Assembly (NCBI GenBank): GCA_036722245.1 | Contig: DAIMJK010000001.1 | Coordinates: 1 to 56,791, forward strand | DNA: 56,791 nt | Direction of reading: 5' to 3' | Source: Lysobacterales bacterium | Lineage (GTDB): Bacteria; Pseudomonadota; Gammaproteobacteria; Xanthomonadales; SZUA-5 | Made by a program: the position numbers and the translations under genes | Part shown: positions 33,911 through 43,000 of the stretch, one piece after another | Layout: the number at the start of each line of letters is the position of its first letter | How positions within the stretch are numbered: position 1 is the stretch's first letter | Notes under the pieces: model-generated | The model's input: the letters and a program-made list of their open reading frames with translations, nothing else | Told to the model about the DNA's origin: nothing | Databases searched by the model: none

Positions 33911-34675
33911 TCACCGCAAGGTTTCACGCGTGTAGACCGCCGCCCAAGCCATCAAGCCGAAGGCAACAGGCCAACTGATATCGACGATCGATCCAGTCTG
34001 ATAAACCTCGATCAATACCAGGTAGGACCAGACCTGGTTGCCGATCACCATGATCACCGCACCCACCACGACCATCCACCAACTGCGGCCGAGGTCGGTG
34101 GCTGCGCGGAAGGACGATGCCACGAAGATTGCGATGGCCACCAACAATGGATCGAGTGCTGCGTAGCCAAAGGAAACGACGACTAGCCAGAACTCGCCAC
34201 TGACCAGCCCCTCTGCATTGGCGCGATAGCACCAGTACCCCAACCCAACAAAGAGCACGACCGACAAGGCCTTGCCCCAGACTGGCGCGGTCAGCCCCAT
34301 TGACCGATAGAACGTCAACAAGCCCATTGCAATCAATGGATTGCACAACAAAAAGCCGATGTCCGAATAGTAGGGATAGGGCGGATCCTCACCATTGTTT
34401 GACAGCGGATAGAGCGCAAAAATGCCTTGACCGAGTCCCCAGGCGGCAATGCCCAGCGCAATGAGCAGCCAGCCACGTCGAAAAGGGCTGCTCGTAGGCA
34501 ATGTCAGAACCGCGAGAAAGCAGATCAATGCCCCCCCGAGGCTGGTAACGAGCTGGACCACGTTCGAGAAGTAGAGTCGCGCCTGGGGATCGAAGTCCAC
34601 CAACGGGAGCACCAACTGACCAACGATGAGCATCAGCCAGATCCAGACCACCCCAAACACCGCGGTAGGATTCAT
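33911..34675 (-). CDS. Polytopic (about 7-8 TM) membrane protein of unknown function
   Basis: Successive hydrophobic helices (VFGVVWIWLMLIVGQLVL, LVTSLGGALICFLAVL, WLLIALGIAAWGLGQGIF, and others). Resembles the stand-alone 7TM sensor modules found N-terminal to kinases. Start at MNPTAV (34675). Confidence 0.65.
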   Translation of the reverse strand: MNPTAVFGVVWIWLMLIVGQLVLPLVDFDPQARLYFSNVVQLVTSLGGALICFLAVLTLPTSSPFRRGWLLIALGIAAWGLGQGIFALYPLSNNGEDPPYPYYSDIGFLLCNPLIAMGLLTFYRSMGLTAPVWGKALSVVLFVGLGYWCYRANAEGLVSGEFWLVVVSFGYAALDPLLVAIAIFVASSFRAATDLGRSWWMVVVGAVIMVIGNQVWSYLVLIEVYQTGSIVDISWPVAFGLMAWAAVYTRETLR

Positions 34676-34738
34676 TTGTCTCTTCCCTGTTTGCTGTTTA
34701 GCGTGAACATATGTCGCTGCGGGCACATCATTGATGTC

Positions 34739-35335
34739 TCAGTTCGGTAGGCGCAACTGCTGTCGGACGGCGGCCAGATCGCTGCGTGCCCGGTCTACAC
34801 CGACAACACTCGCGAGGATGTGCTCTGCCGCATCAAGCAAGGGCTGTGCGTCCGCGCTGCGCGCAAACTGACGCACGAGGGCGTCGACCTTTTGCGCTGC
34901 GGCGGAACCGTAATAGCTGCCGAAGACCTTCAGGAGTTGCTGCTGGGCCAGCGCTGGCCAGTCTGGCTCAGTGTCAGCGGACTCACTTCTCGCGACGACC
35001 AAAGCTCGCAGATCCGGTGTGGCGTGAGCCGCACTCAGAACCTTGATCAACTCATCCCAGCTGATCAACCTGTCTTGTGCCGGCGGCGCGCTGATCCATG
35101 CGTTCTTGAGCAACACCGTTCGGCTGATGCGCGCATTCGCCAATGCAGCCAACGCCTCTGCTGACGACATCCCCGTCAGTTCAAGCGAATAGTTGCCGTC
35201 GCGGTGCAGCGTGACCGAGCCATGCACCAGCGGCTCTGTCTGCTGGAAGCGGCAGTAGAAGACAAGGCGCGCTGGAGCGGGCGTGGTGGAGAACCGCCGC
35301 AGCGCCAGCAACAGGGCCTCACCTTGCTCCTCCAT
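34739..35335 (-). CDS. Hypothetical protein
   Basis: 198 aa from MEEQGEAL (ATG 35335) preceded by GGTAGGAGGGGG, 11 nt after the upstream stop. No motif recognised. Confidence 0.5.
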   Translation of the reverse strand: MEEQGEALLLALRRFSTTPAPARLVFYCRFQQTEPLVHGSVTLHRDGNYSLELTGMSSAEALAALANARISRTVLLKNAWISAPPAQDRLISWDELIKVLSAAHATPDLRALVVARSESADTEPDWPALAQQQLLKVFGSYYGSAAAQKVDALVRQFARSADAQPLLDAAEHILASVVGVDRARSDLAAVRQQLRLPN

Positions 35336-35348
35336 TCCCCCTCCTACC

Positions 35349-36200
35349 TCAGCCCTGGTGCTTGTAGCCGCGTGCAGCCAGCTCATCCAATGTAAAGCGC
35401 TTCCTCAGCGTCTTGTGTACCGTGTTGTAGAACTCCTTTACTGCGACTGGCTTGGTCAGGTACGAGTCGCAACCCGCCAGTGCGCCGCGCGCGCGGTCGA
35501 ACGGTGATGAGCGACTGGTCAACATGACCACGGGAACGTGCCGACCGTTGCGGATTCCACGAATCTTTCGACAAAGCTCGTAACCATTGAGCCCAGGCAT
35601 GACCACATCCAGAAAAACGAGGTCATACACAGCCGCTTGCAGTTTCGCGAGCGCGCTGTCCCCTTCCTCCGCGGTGTCCACAACCAGGCCTGCGCGTTGC
35701 AGGGCCACCTCCAACTGAGCGCGCACGGTCGCGCTGTCGTCCACCACCAAACCGCGCAGTTCCAGCGCGCCAAGTGGCGCCATGGCGCTCTGTTCCGTTG
35801 CGTTTGGTTGCGGTGCAGCCGGCTGAGCCGCTGCCTGCGCCGCTTCGGCGCCGCCCAGATTCCCCTGCAGCTTGCTCTCGCCGATGCTCTCCAGCAACCG
35901 GAAGCAGTGCAGCACCAGACTCTTCTTCGCGATCCGATAACTGCCTCTGCCAGCGGTGCCGGTGTCGGACACATAGACTTCGACCAGATCAGGAGAGTCC
36001 TTGCGCAAACGATCCAGGTGACCGCTCGGATCCGCTCGATCGGCATCGGCAATCACGATGTCCGCGTAGCCTGCATCATCAGCGTTGACGATGCGGAAAT
36101 CGAAACGGCGACCCGGCGCACGGCTCAGGACAATCTCCAGCAAGCGAGCGTCTTTGGGCTGCAGGCCGCACAAGGCCACAATGAAACCGGACATATTCAA
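35349..36200 (-). CDS. Response regulator: N-terminal receiver-like (pseudo-receiver) domain, A/Q/P linker, canonical C-terminal receiver
   Basis: C-terminal LRGLVVDDSATVRAQL...DLVFLDVVMPGLNGYELCRKIR...VVMLTSR...GCDSYLTKP. The N-terminus (FIVALCGLQPKDARLLE...ADIVIADAD) is only receiver-like. Confidence 0.8.
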   Translation of the reverse strand: MNMSGFIVALCGLQPKDARLLEIVLSRAPGRRFDFRIVNADDAGYADIVIADADRADPSGHLDRLRKDSPDLVEVYVSDTGTAGRGSYRIAKKSLVLHCFRLLESIGESKLQGNLGGAEAAQAAAQPAAPQPNATEQSAMAPLGALELRGLVVDDSATVRAQLEVALQRAGLVVDTAEEGDSALAKLQAAVYDLVFLDVVMPGLNGYELCRKIRGIRNGRHVPVVMLTSRSSPFDRARGALAGCDSYLTKPVAVKEFYNTVHKTLRKRFTLDELAARGYKHQG

Positions 36201-36254
36201 ACCTCAAGCTGAACGGGTGCAACTTCTCGGGCCGGCACCGACGGAGCGAGCACG

Positions 36255-36683
36255 TCAGGCGTCGTCCCGCCCGATGACTTCGTCTTGCAGACCGATCGCG
36301 CCCGATGCGTGCGGGATGGCCTGCGCCATGGCTTCGAGCAGCGCGTCAATCCAAAATGGCTTGGCCAAGGTGGCGACCACGCTCAACCCGAGTGCAGCAA
36401 GCTTGTGACGCATCCGTGCCACCTCGTCGGACGGCGCCCCGGACATCAGGATCACCGGCGTGCCGGTCGACTCATCCGCCATGTAGGCGGCAATACGGAT
36501 ACAAAGCTGGTCGGGCATGACCAGATCGAGCAACACGGCAGCCACACCCATCCGAAGGACATGCTGCGCCTCCAGAAAACTGCCTGCGCTCGCTGCATCG
36601 AAACCCGCCAAATGCGCGATCTCGGACACAAGCAACCGGGCATCGGGATCGTCATCAATGATGAGGATGGTGTTCTGCGCCAT
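36255..36683 (-). CDS. Single-domain (CheY-like) response regulator
   Basis: MAQNTILIIDDDPDARLL...AVLLDLVMPD...VILMSG...LAKPF. Start at ATG 36683. Confidence 0.8.
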   Translation of the reverse strand: MAQNTILIIDDDPDARLLVSEIAHLAGFDAASAGSFLEAQHVLRMGVAAVLLDLVMPDQLCIRIAAYMADESTGTPVILMSGAPSDEVARMRHKLAALGLSVVATLAKPFWIDALLEAMAQAIPHASGAIGLQDEVIGRDDA

Positions 36684-37158
36684 CGCCGGATGTGCCTCTG
36701 GCCAATTCAACTCCGGCTAAGGTAGCGAAACCGCGGAGCGAGCGGACACCTCATTGCTTGATCCCTCGGAGCACAGCGAACCGGATCCAGACGCTTAAAA
36801 TTAGTCTCGATAAATCATGTATTTATGATGCATCACCGATACCTCCAGGCGCGCCGATCAGGCCTTGATGAGCGTGCTGTCGATGTCAACAATTCTGAAT
36901 AACCCAGGTCCCCGAACACTGGATCGAAGGGCATCCGGGCTCACTTCACCCACAACGTCAATCGTGACAAATATTTTGTGGTGCGATGACCTGGATCAGC
37001 GCTAATGTCCGAGCGGGCCCCCTTACTGCCTGGCATGGCTCCAATACGTCACAAGCGAAGCCCGCAAGACGGTTACGGGCCGTGCCGCCATGTTCCTTCT
37101 GCTCGCAGGCCTCAACCGCGCCGATCGAGATTGAAACTCCAGGAATCGTGACATCGGA
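36684..37158. promoter_or_regulatory. Large (475 nt) divergent intergenic region with an AT-rich core and two AT palindromes
   Basis: ATAAAT-CATGT-ATTTAT at 36810-36826 (with the overlapping ATCAT...ATGAT and ATGCAT) and ACAAA-TAT-TTTGT at 36967-36979, in an otherwise GC-rich locus. Confidence 0.45.
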
Positions 37159-38385
37159 ATGCGCTGGATGACTGCACCTCACCTGCTGGTACTGGAAGAC
37201 GATGCCGCCAGCGGAGCGTTGATCACGTTGCTGGCGTCTCGCAGCCAAGCGGTGACGCGAGTCGCCCGCTCGGTCGAGGAGTTCTTTGATCTGCTGGCGA
37301 ACTGGCCGGCCACCCATCTGAGCATCGACCTCAAGCTGCCGGGCACCGACGGCGTCCAGGTGCTCAGCATGCTCGCCAATCGGGGTTGTCGGCTCCCGGT
37401 GCTGGTCGTCAGCGGTGTTGACGATCGGCTGTTGGCTTCCGTCAGCCGCGTCGCGCGGGAAAATCAACTCGCCATCCATGCCGCCGTGCAGAAGCCCATC
37501 GATCACGCCGTAATCGCTGGGTTTCTGACCTCTTTGGTGCCGCCACTGCAGCCATCAAGCAGTCTGAGACTGCAACCGGACGTGTCCAGAGAAGCGCTGC
37601 ACCGTGCCTTCGTGGCGCGGCAGTACACTGCTCACTTGCAGCCCAAGATCGATTTGAACACCGGCCGAGTGCTGGGTTACGAAGCGCTCGCGCGCTGGCA
37701 ACATCCGCTGTGGGGCCTGGTGCCGCCGGACGCCTTCATCGGAGCGATGGAACGCAACGGCTGCATTGACCGATTGACCGACAGCATCGTCGAGAGCTCC
37801 TTTCGGTGGCTGGCGGAAACTGGGTCACAGCTTGCAGGCGATCCGATCTGTATCGCACTCAATGTCTCGGCGCACAGCGTCGTCGATGCCGGACTCGCCG
37901 ACCGCTTGCTCGCCGCATGTGCCCGCTACTCACTCGATCCTGCACAAGTGGAACTGGAAGTGACTGAAAGCTGCGCAATGCGAGAGCCCAAATCTGCGCT
38001 GACCACCCTGACCCGGCTGCGGTTGAGCGGCTTCAGCCTGGCGTTGGACGACTTCGGTACCGGTTATTCATCCATGTCGCATCTGGCTCGCCTGCCATTT
38101 ACTTCGATCAAGCTTGATCAGTCTTTTGTGCGCCCGATCGTGGATGCGCCCGAGTCACGCAAGATCGTCGCTTCGTTGACCAACCTGGGCAAATCGCTGG
38201 GTCTACATGTCGTTGCCGAAGGCGTCGAAACACAGGCGGTTGCCAACATGCTCGGCGATCTCGGCTGTGATTCTGGTCAGGGTTACCTCTATTCCGCGCC
38301 GCTGACGGCAACAGAGGTCCCGCGCTGGCATGTCGAATGGATACGACGACATACTGACAAACAGCTGACTGGCGCCGCCGCATGA
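37159..38385 (+). CDS. Response regulator receiver-EAL phosphodiesterase
   Basis: Receiver HLLVLEDDAASG...HLSIDLKLPGTDG. EAL blocks GYEALARWQHP, ELEVTE, LDDFGTGYSS, KLDQSF, EGVE and QGYL. Confidence 0.88.
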   Translation: MRWMTAPHLLVLEDDAASGALITLLASRSQAVTRVARSVEEFFDLLANWPATHLSIDLKLPGTDGVQVLSMLANRGCRLPVLVVSGVDDRLLASVSRVARENQLAIHAAVQKPIDHAVIAGFLTSLVPPLQPSSSLRLQPDVSREALHRAFVARQYTAHLQPKIDLNTGRVLGYEALARWQHPLWGLVPPDAFIGAMERNGCIDRLTDSIVESSFRWLAETGSQLAGDPICIALNVSAHSVVDAGLADRLLAACARYSLDPAQVELEVTESCAMREPKSALTTLTRLRLSGFSLALDDFGTGYSSMSHLARLPFTSIKLDQSFVRPIVDAPESRKIVASLTNLGKSLGLHVVAEGVETQAVANMLGDLGCDSGQGYLYSAPLTATEVPRWHVEWIRRHTDKQLTGAAA

Positions 38386-38786
38386 AGACCCTGGTCCCTT
38401 CGGTCATCCACGCAGGCGTGCCCAATCGGCTCGACACGCCGACCCTGAACAACCTGTTGCTGTTGGATCGCCAATCCCCAGGCTCGGTCCTCCGTCTGGT
38501 CGACATCTTCAGGCGGGATCACGGACACTTTCTGTCGAACGCACGATCAAGGTTGGTTGAGGGGGACTTCGAGACGTTGCGCAGCGGCCTGCACACACTC
38601 AAAGGCAGCGCAGCCAGCCTCGGCGCGAGCAGGCTGAGTCAGTTGGCAACCCTGGCCGAGCGACGCGCCGAACAAAGGGACAAGGTGGGTATGAACGCAT
38701 GCCTGACCACCCTCGAGACAGAGCTCGAACTCAGCTGCGAGGCACTGCGCCGAATTTTCGGGGCCGAGTCGGCTCACCCCGGCTGA
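38382..38786 (+). CDS. Hpt domain protein
   Basis: LRSGLHTLKGSAASLGASRLSQLA. The ATG overlaps the EAL gene stop (ATGA). Confidence 0.8.
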   Translation: MKTLVPSVIHAGVPNRLDTPTLNNLLLLDRQSPGSVLRLVDIFRRDHGHFLSNARSRLVEGDFETLRSGLHTLKGSAASLGASRLSQLATLAERRAEQRDKVGMNACLTTLETELELSCEALRRIFGAESAHPG

Positions 38787-40011
38787 CCACCCGCCCTCGA
38801 CCGGCCTGCTTGCCTGCGTAAAGACGACGATCGGCCTTCTCCAGCAGCACGCGCGCTGTGCGTCCATCCACCGGCGCCACTGCAACACCAATCGTGCAAC
38901 CCACCACCAACCCGCCGACTTCGTCGACGGGACTGACGCGCAGCCGATCGAGCAGCCGTTCCGCGAGCGCTTCGGCTTCACGCCGGTCCGCTCCGGGCTG
39001 AACGATGCAGAACTCCTCGCCACCAATTCGGAATGCCAGATCGGACCGTCGTTTCTCGCGCGCCAGCAACTGACCGAAGAAGACGAGTACCTGGTCCCCC
39101 GCGGCGTGACCCAAGCTATCGTTGACCTGCTTGAAATGATCCAGATCCAGCAATAGCAGCGCACACGGGGAACCCTTGTCCACATGGTCGCGCAGGCAGT
39201 CAGGCAACCATGAGTCGAAGTAGCGTCGGTTGAACAAGCCGGTGGAAGAGTCACGGATCAAGGCCTGTTCCAACGCCTGGAACCGCTCCTTGTAGGTCAT
39301 GACCGATGCAACATCACCCAGCACCTCGCGCTGCACCAGACTGCCTATCGAACGCTCGAATAGCCAGAGGTAAGCACTGCCCAAGCCGCTGAACAAACCA
39401 AGATAGATGCTCTTTGCCATCACTGAACCGCGAAGGTTGCTTTCTCTGCCCGGATCGATCATGGCCATCATCGTCTCGAAGGCCACTGTGTCGCCAATTG
39501 CGACCACACTCAAGGCCAGCCACGCTGCCAACAGGAAAGGAACTGCCAGGCGAACGAGCCACGCACATAGCGCAATAGCGCAAATGCTCCCAAACAAGAG
39601 CAAGCCTGAGCCAATCATCAGCCGCATGATGCGAAGATAGGTGTCGTCGCCGGCGGAGATCGGCGACAACGCGGCGACTGCGGTGACCGCGCTGAGCAAC
39701 AAGGCGGCAAACACCAGTGACCAGACCAGCTTGCGAGCGGCATGAACCCCCTCACAACGGTACAACTGCAGGATCATCGCCATGCTCGCCGGATAGTAGA
39801 CGGCGGAAGCGAGCGCAACATCGCGGTAGTAGTCCGCGTTGGCAACCGGGGTGTCGACGAGGAAGTATTTCAAACCCTCCAGGGCGCCCATCGACAAGAA
39901 CAGCGGCCCGAGTCCGAAGAAGGTGCGCAGCCGCAGCATCATCAGCAAGCCGGTGTAAAGCACCAGTGCCTGGATCAGGCCGGACAAGGCGATGTGATCT
40001 GGAAGCTGCAT
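38731..40011 (-). CDS. Membrane-anchored diguanylate cyclase (multi-TM N-terminus, GGDEF)
   Basis: Six or more hydrophobic helices, then LFNRRYF, LLLDLDHFKQVND and RRSDLAFRIGGEEFCIV (I-site RxxD 5 aa before an intact GGEEF). Confidence 0.88.
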   Translation of the reverse strand: MQLPDHIALSGLIQALVLYTGLLMMLRLRTFFGLGPLFLSMGALEGLKYFLVDTPVANADYYRDVALASAVYYPASMAMILQLYRCEGVHAARKLVWSLVFAALLLSAVTAVAALSPISAGDDTYLRIMRLMIGSGLLLFGSICAIALCAWLVRLAVPFLLAAWLALSVVAIGDTVAFETMMAMIDPGRESNLRGSVMAKSIYLGLFSGLGSAYLWLFERSIGSLVQREVLGDVASVMTYKERFQALEQALIRDSSTGLFNRRYFDSWLPDCLRDHVDKGSPCALLLLDLDHFKQVNDSLGHAAGDQVLVFFGQLLAREKRRSDLAFRIGGEEFCIVQPGADRREAEALAERLLDRLRVSPVDEVGGLVVGCTIGVAVAPVDGRTARVLLEKADRRLYAGKQAGRGRVVSRGEPTRPRKFGAVPRS

Positions 40012-40064
40012 TCTCGACTCCGGAGCGGCGCTGGGTCAGTATCGGCGCCGCTGAGGGCAGGCCG

Positions 40065-43000
40065 TCAGGACACCCCGCGCGCGCTCAGGATCTCTGCGTA
40101 GGCCTTGTCCTCGACAACCGCCGGCGTCTGACTGGCCGCACTGGCAGTCACCAACTCACCTACCAGCCGAACCAACTCGTCCTCGACATAGGGCTTGCCC
40201 AACAGTCGCGTCACGCCTGCGTCAGCGGCCATGTTGCGATGCCGATCGCCCGCGCGGGAGGTAATCATCACGACGGGCACGTTTCTGGTACTCGCCCGCG
40301 TCCGCACGTGCCTGCACACTTCCAGACCGTTCAATCGGGGCATCTCCAGGTCGAGCAACACCGCAGCAGGAACCCGCTGTTCAATCAGTTGCACCGCCTC
40401 CATGCCGTCTCGAGCGGCAACGACGTCATAGCCCGCATCCTGCATCAGCTGCTGCAAGGCGCGGCGGACGCTAAGCGAATCGTCGGCCACCACAATTCTC
40501 GGCAGCTCCGTCGCCGACATGCTGGTATCGGGCCAGGACCAGGAACTGGCGTTCCCACGCAGATCCAGCAACGTGTCAACGTCGACCACCGGCGCCAATC
40601 TCCCATCACTGAGCTGAGTCATGCCGCGAATGGCCGGAATGGGCGGCAGCATGGGTGAAATGGGCTTGATTACCGCGCGCAGTACCTCATCGACCTGGCG
40701 CACGCAGAGCACTTGCTCGGTCTCGTTGGCTAGTGTGATCAACAGCCCAAGACAAGGTCCAACGCCGGGCAGACTCTGCATTTCCGTGCGGTCGAACAGT
40801 GCTTCGATCGTGCACGCCGGATAGGTCCGTTCGTCGATCTTGATCTGAAAGCCACCTGAATCGTCCACCGCAATGTCATCTGCACCCAGTGCCAGAATTC
40901 TGCTCACCGCGCCTGCTACCAGCGCGATGCTGACTTCGTGGCCGCGCGCAATGATCACGTCCGCCGCCGTGCGGCTCAGCGGCAACCGGATGCTGATCGC
41001 TGCGCCTGCACCAGCGTGGCTGGACACATTCAGACTGCCTCGCAGTTCCTGCACGCGTTGGTTGACTATGTCCATGCCCACGCCGCGGCCCGAGACATGG
41101 CTGACCTGCTGTCGTGTCGAGAATCCGGGCGTCAGGATCAGGCGCGCAGCCATTTCGTCAGACAGTGTCGTAACCGAGTCGATGACGCCGAGCGATTCCG
41201 CTTTGGTCCGAATCGCGGTCAGATCCAAGCCGCGACCGTCATCACTGATGTGCAGAAGCATCGCATCGCCCACGGTAGTGGCGCGCACGAGTATGCGACC
41301 GACCGCTGGCTTGCCCAACGCAAGCCGTTCGGTGCTGTTCTCGATACCGTGGTCCACCGCGTTGCGCAGAACATGGGACAATGGCTCGACGAGGCGGTCC
41401 AGGATCTCGGCATCCAATGCCAGCTGCATGCCCTCTGCAACGAGTTCCACGGATTTGTCGACGCTACGGGCGGTCTGTCGAACGATACGCTGCAGGCGTG
41501 GCAGCACCGACTCCAGGGCAACAGTTCTGGTCCGCCCGACGGTCCGTTGAATTGCGTCGCTGATCTGCTCTTGCCGGCTGCGCAACGTCTCGATGTCGCT
41601 CAATACGGAACGGATCGCCCGTGCCAGCACGTCACTATCAGCGTTGGCCTCAAGAATCCGGCGCGAAACCGTGTGCAACTCGTTGTACTGATCTAGTTCC
41701 AGCGCATCGGCTTGCGAGCCGGCTGCCAGCCGAGTGGATTGCAGGGCGGCACCGCGCATCGCGACCAAGTCGTCCAGTGCCCCGACCAACTCGCGCTCAT
41801 TGCGAATCTCGCCGCCGAGTTCGCGATGGGTGCGATCCAGCACATCGAGCCGCTGTCCAACCTGACGCCCGAGCACCAGCAGTTCTCCGGACAGACGCTG
41901 CAGTTCATCAAGCAAACTGGCATCGACCGCCATACTCGCGGTACCGGTCGCTTCCGCGGGCGCGGTGCTGGTGTCGGCAGGCGCAGGGGTCGGCGCATCG
42001 ACCGATTCAGCTGTCGCGAGCTCCACGTCGCCATCAAGCAAGGCGTTGGCCCAGTTCAATGTCTGTTGGTAGACCGACGCCAGGTTCAGCGGTGCCGGGC
42101 CCCGGCCGAGGAGGTGATCGGCGCATTCTTCGATGCAATCCGCCACCTCAAGCAGCAACTCGGGCAACGCATCCGGCAGTCGATCGGGTACCCTGAGCAA
42201 CTCGATCAGGATATCCTCCAAAGAGTGGGTCAGATTGGCGAGCCCGAGGATGCCTACCGTGTTGGCGTCGCCCTTCAGCGTGTGGGCGATGCGGCGTGCC
42301 TCGTCCACTACAGGATGCGCACCGCCGCAGACCAGTTCCCGAATCGCAATACCCAGCCGAGTGGCATTTCCGGGCAGTTCACGGAGCATGCTTTCGAGCA
42401 CATTGGCCAGCACATCTCTGGCCGGTTGCAACGACAGATCGCCCGCTTCAGCCACGCGCTTGCGTTGCGCGGCACGAGCCGGATCCAGGCCAATGCGCAA
42501 CCGCGCTGCCTCGGAACGCAGCTCCGCGCTGATGCCGCTACTGGCCAGCGGCGTCTCGACCAACACGTCTATCAGCGTATCGGCACCTTCGGCACTTGGC
42601 GCCTGAAGATAGTTCAGCATCGCGGCAACCACCCTGACCACTAGTTCGGGATCAGCGTCCGCGCCATCACTGATGCGCTGGAGCGTGGCGTTCACGGAGG
42701 CCAATGCGGGAGTCCCAAGCATGTCCAAGGCATTGCCTACCAGTGAGAGCTGGTAAGCCACATCGTCACGCAGCCGATCGCGATCCTGCGCATCCAGAGC
42801 GGCATCCCAAGCAAGCGCCACCGGCAACAACTGCTCGGCGAAAGCGGTCTGCATCAGCTCCAGTTCCTCCGGTGCGATCCAGATCGGCCCGAACGCCAGC
42901 CCGGAATCCGTCCGCCGTGCCGACAGTTCCTCGGCGTTATCAGTGAGCCAGGCTCTCTCGTCATGGCGCTCAGTCTCTGTGCCCAAACCGGGGTCCGATG

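Noticed and set aside
33911-34675. The 7-TM protein next to the heme oxygenase as a microbial rhodopsin or other retinal photoreceptor.
   Set aside because: There is no Lys in the last transmembrane helix (IVDISWPVAFGLMAWAAVY) for a Schiff base, and no rhodopsin-like DTx/NDQ motif pattern.
37031-37046. TGGCAT-N5-CAATA upstream of the REC-EAL gene as a sigma-54 -24/-12 element.
   Set aside because: The obligatory GC of the -12 box is absent at the correct spacing.
36958-37506. 182-aa minus-strand ORF spanning the AT-rich intergenic region and the start of the REC-EAL gene.
   Set aside because: It overlaps the motif-supported receiver domain on the plus strand. Its translation is low-complexity, and it has no RBS or motif.
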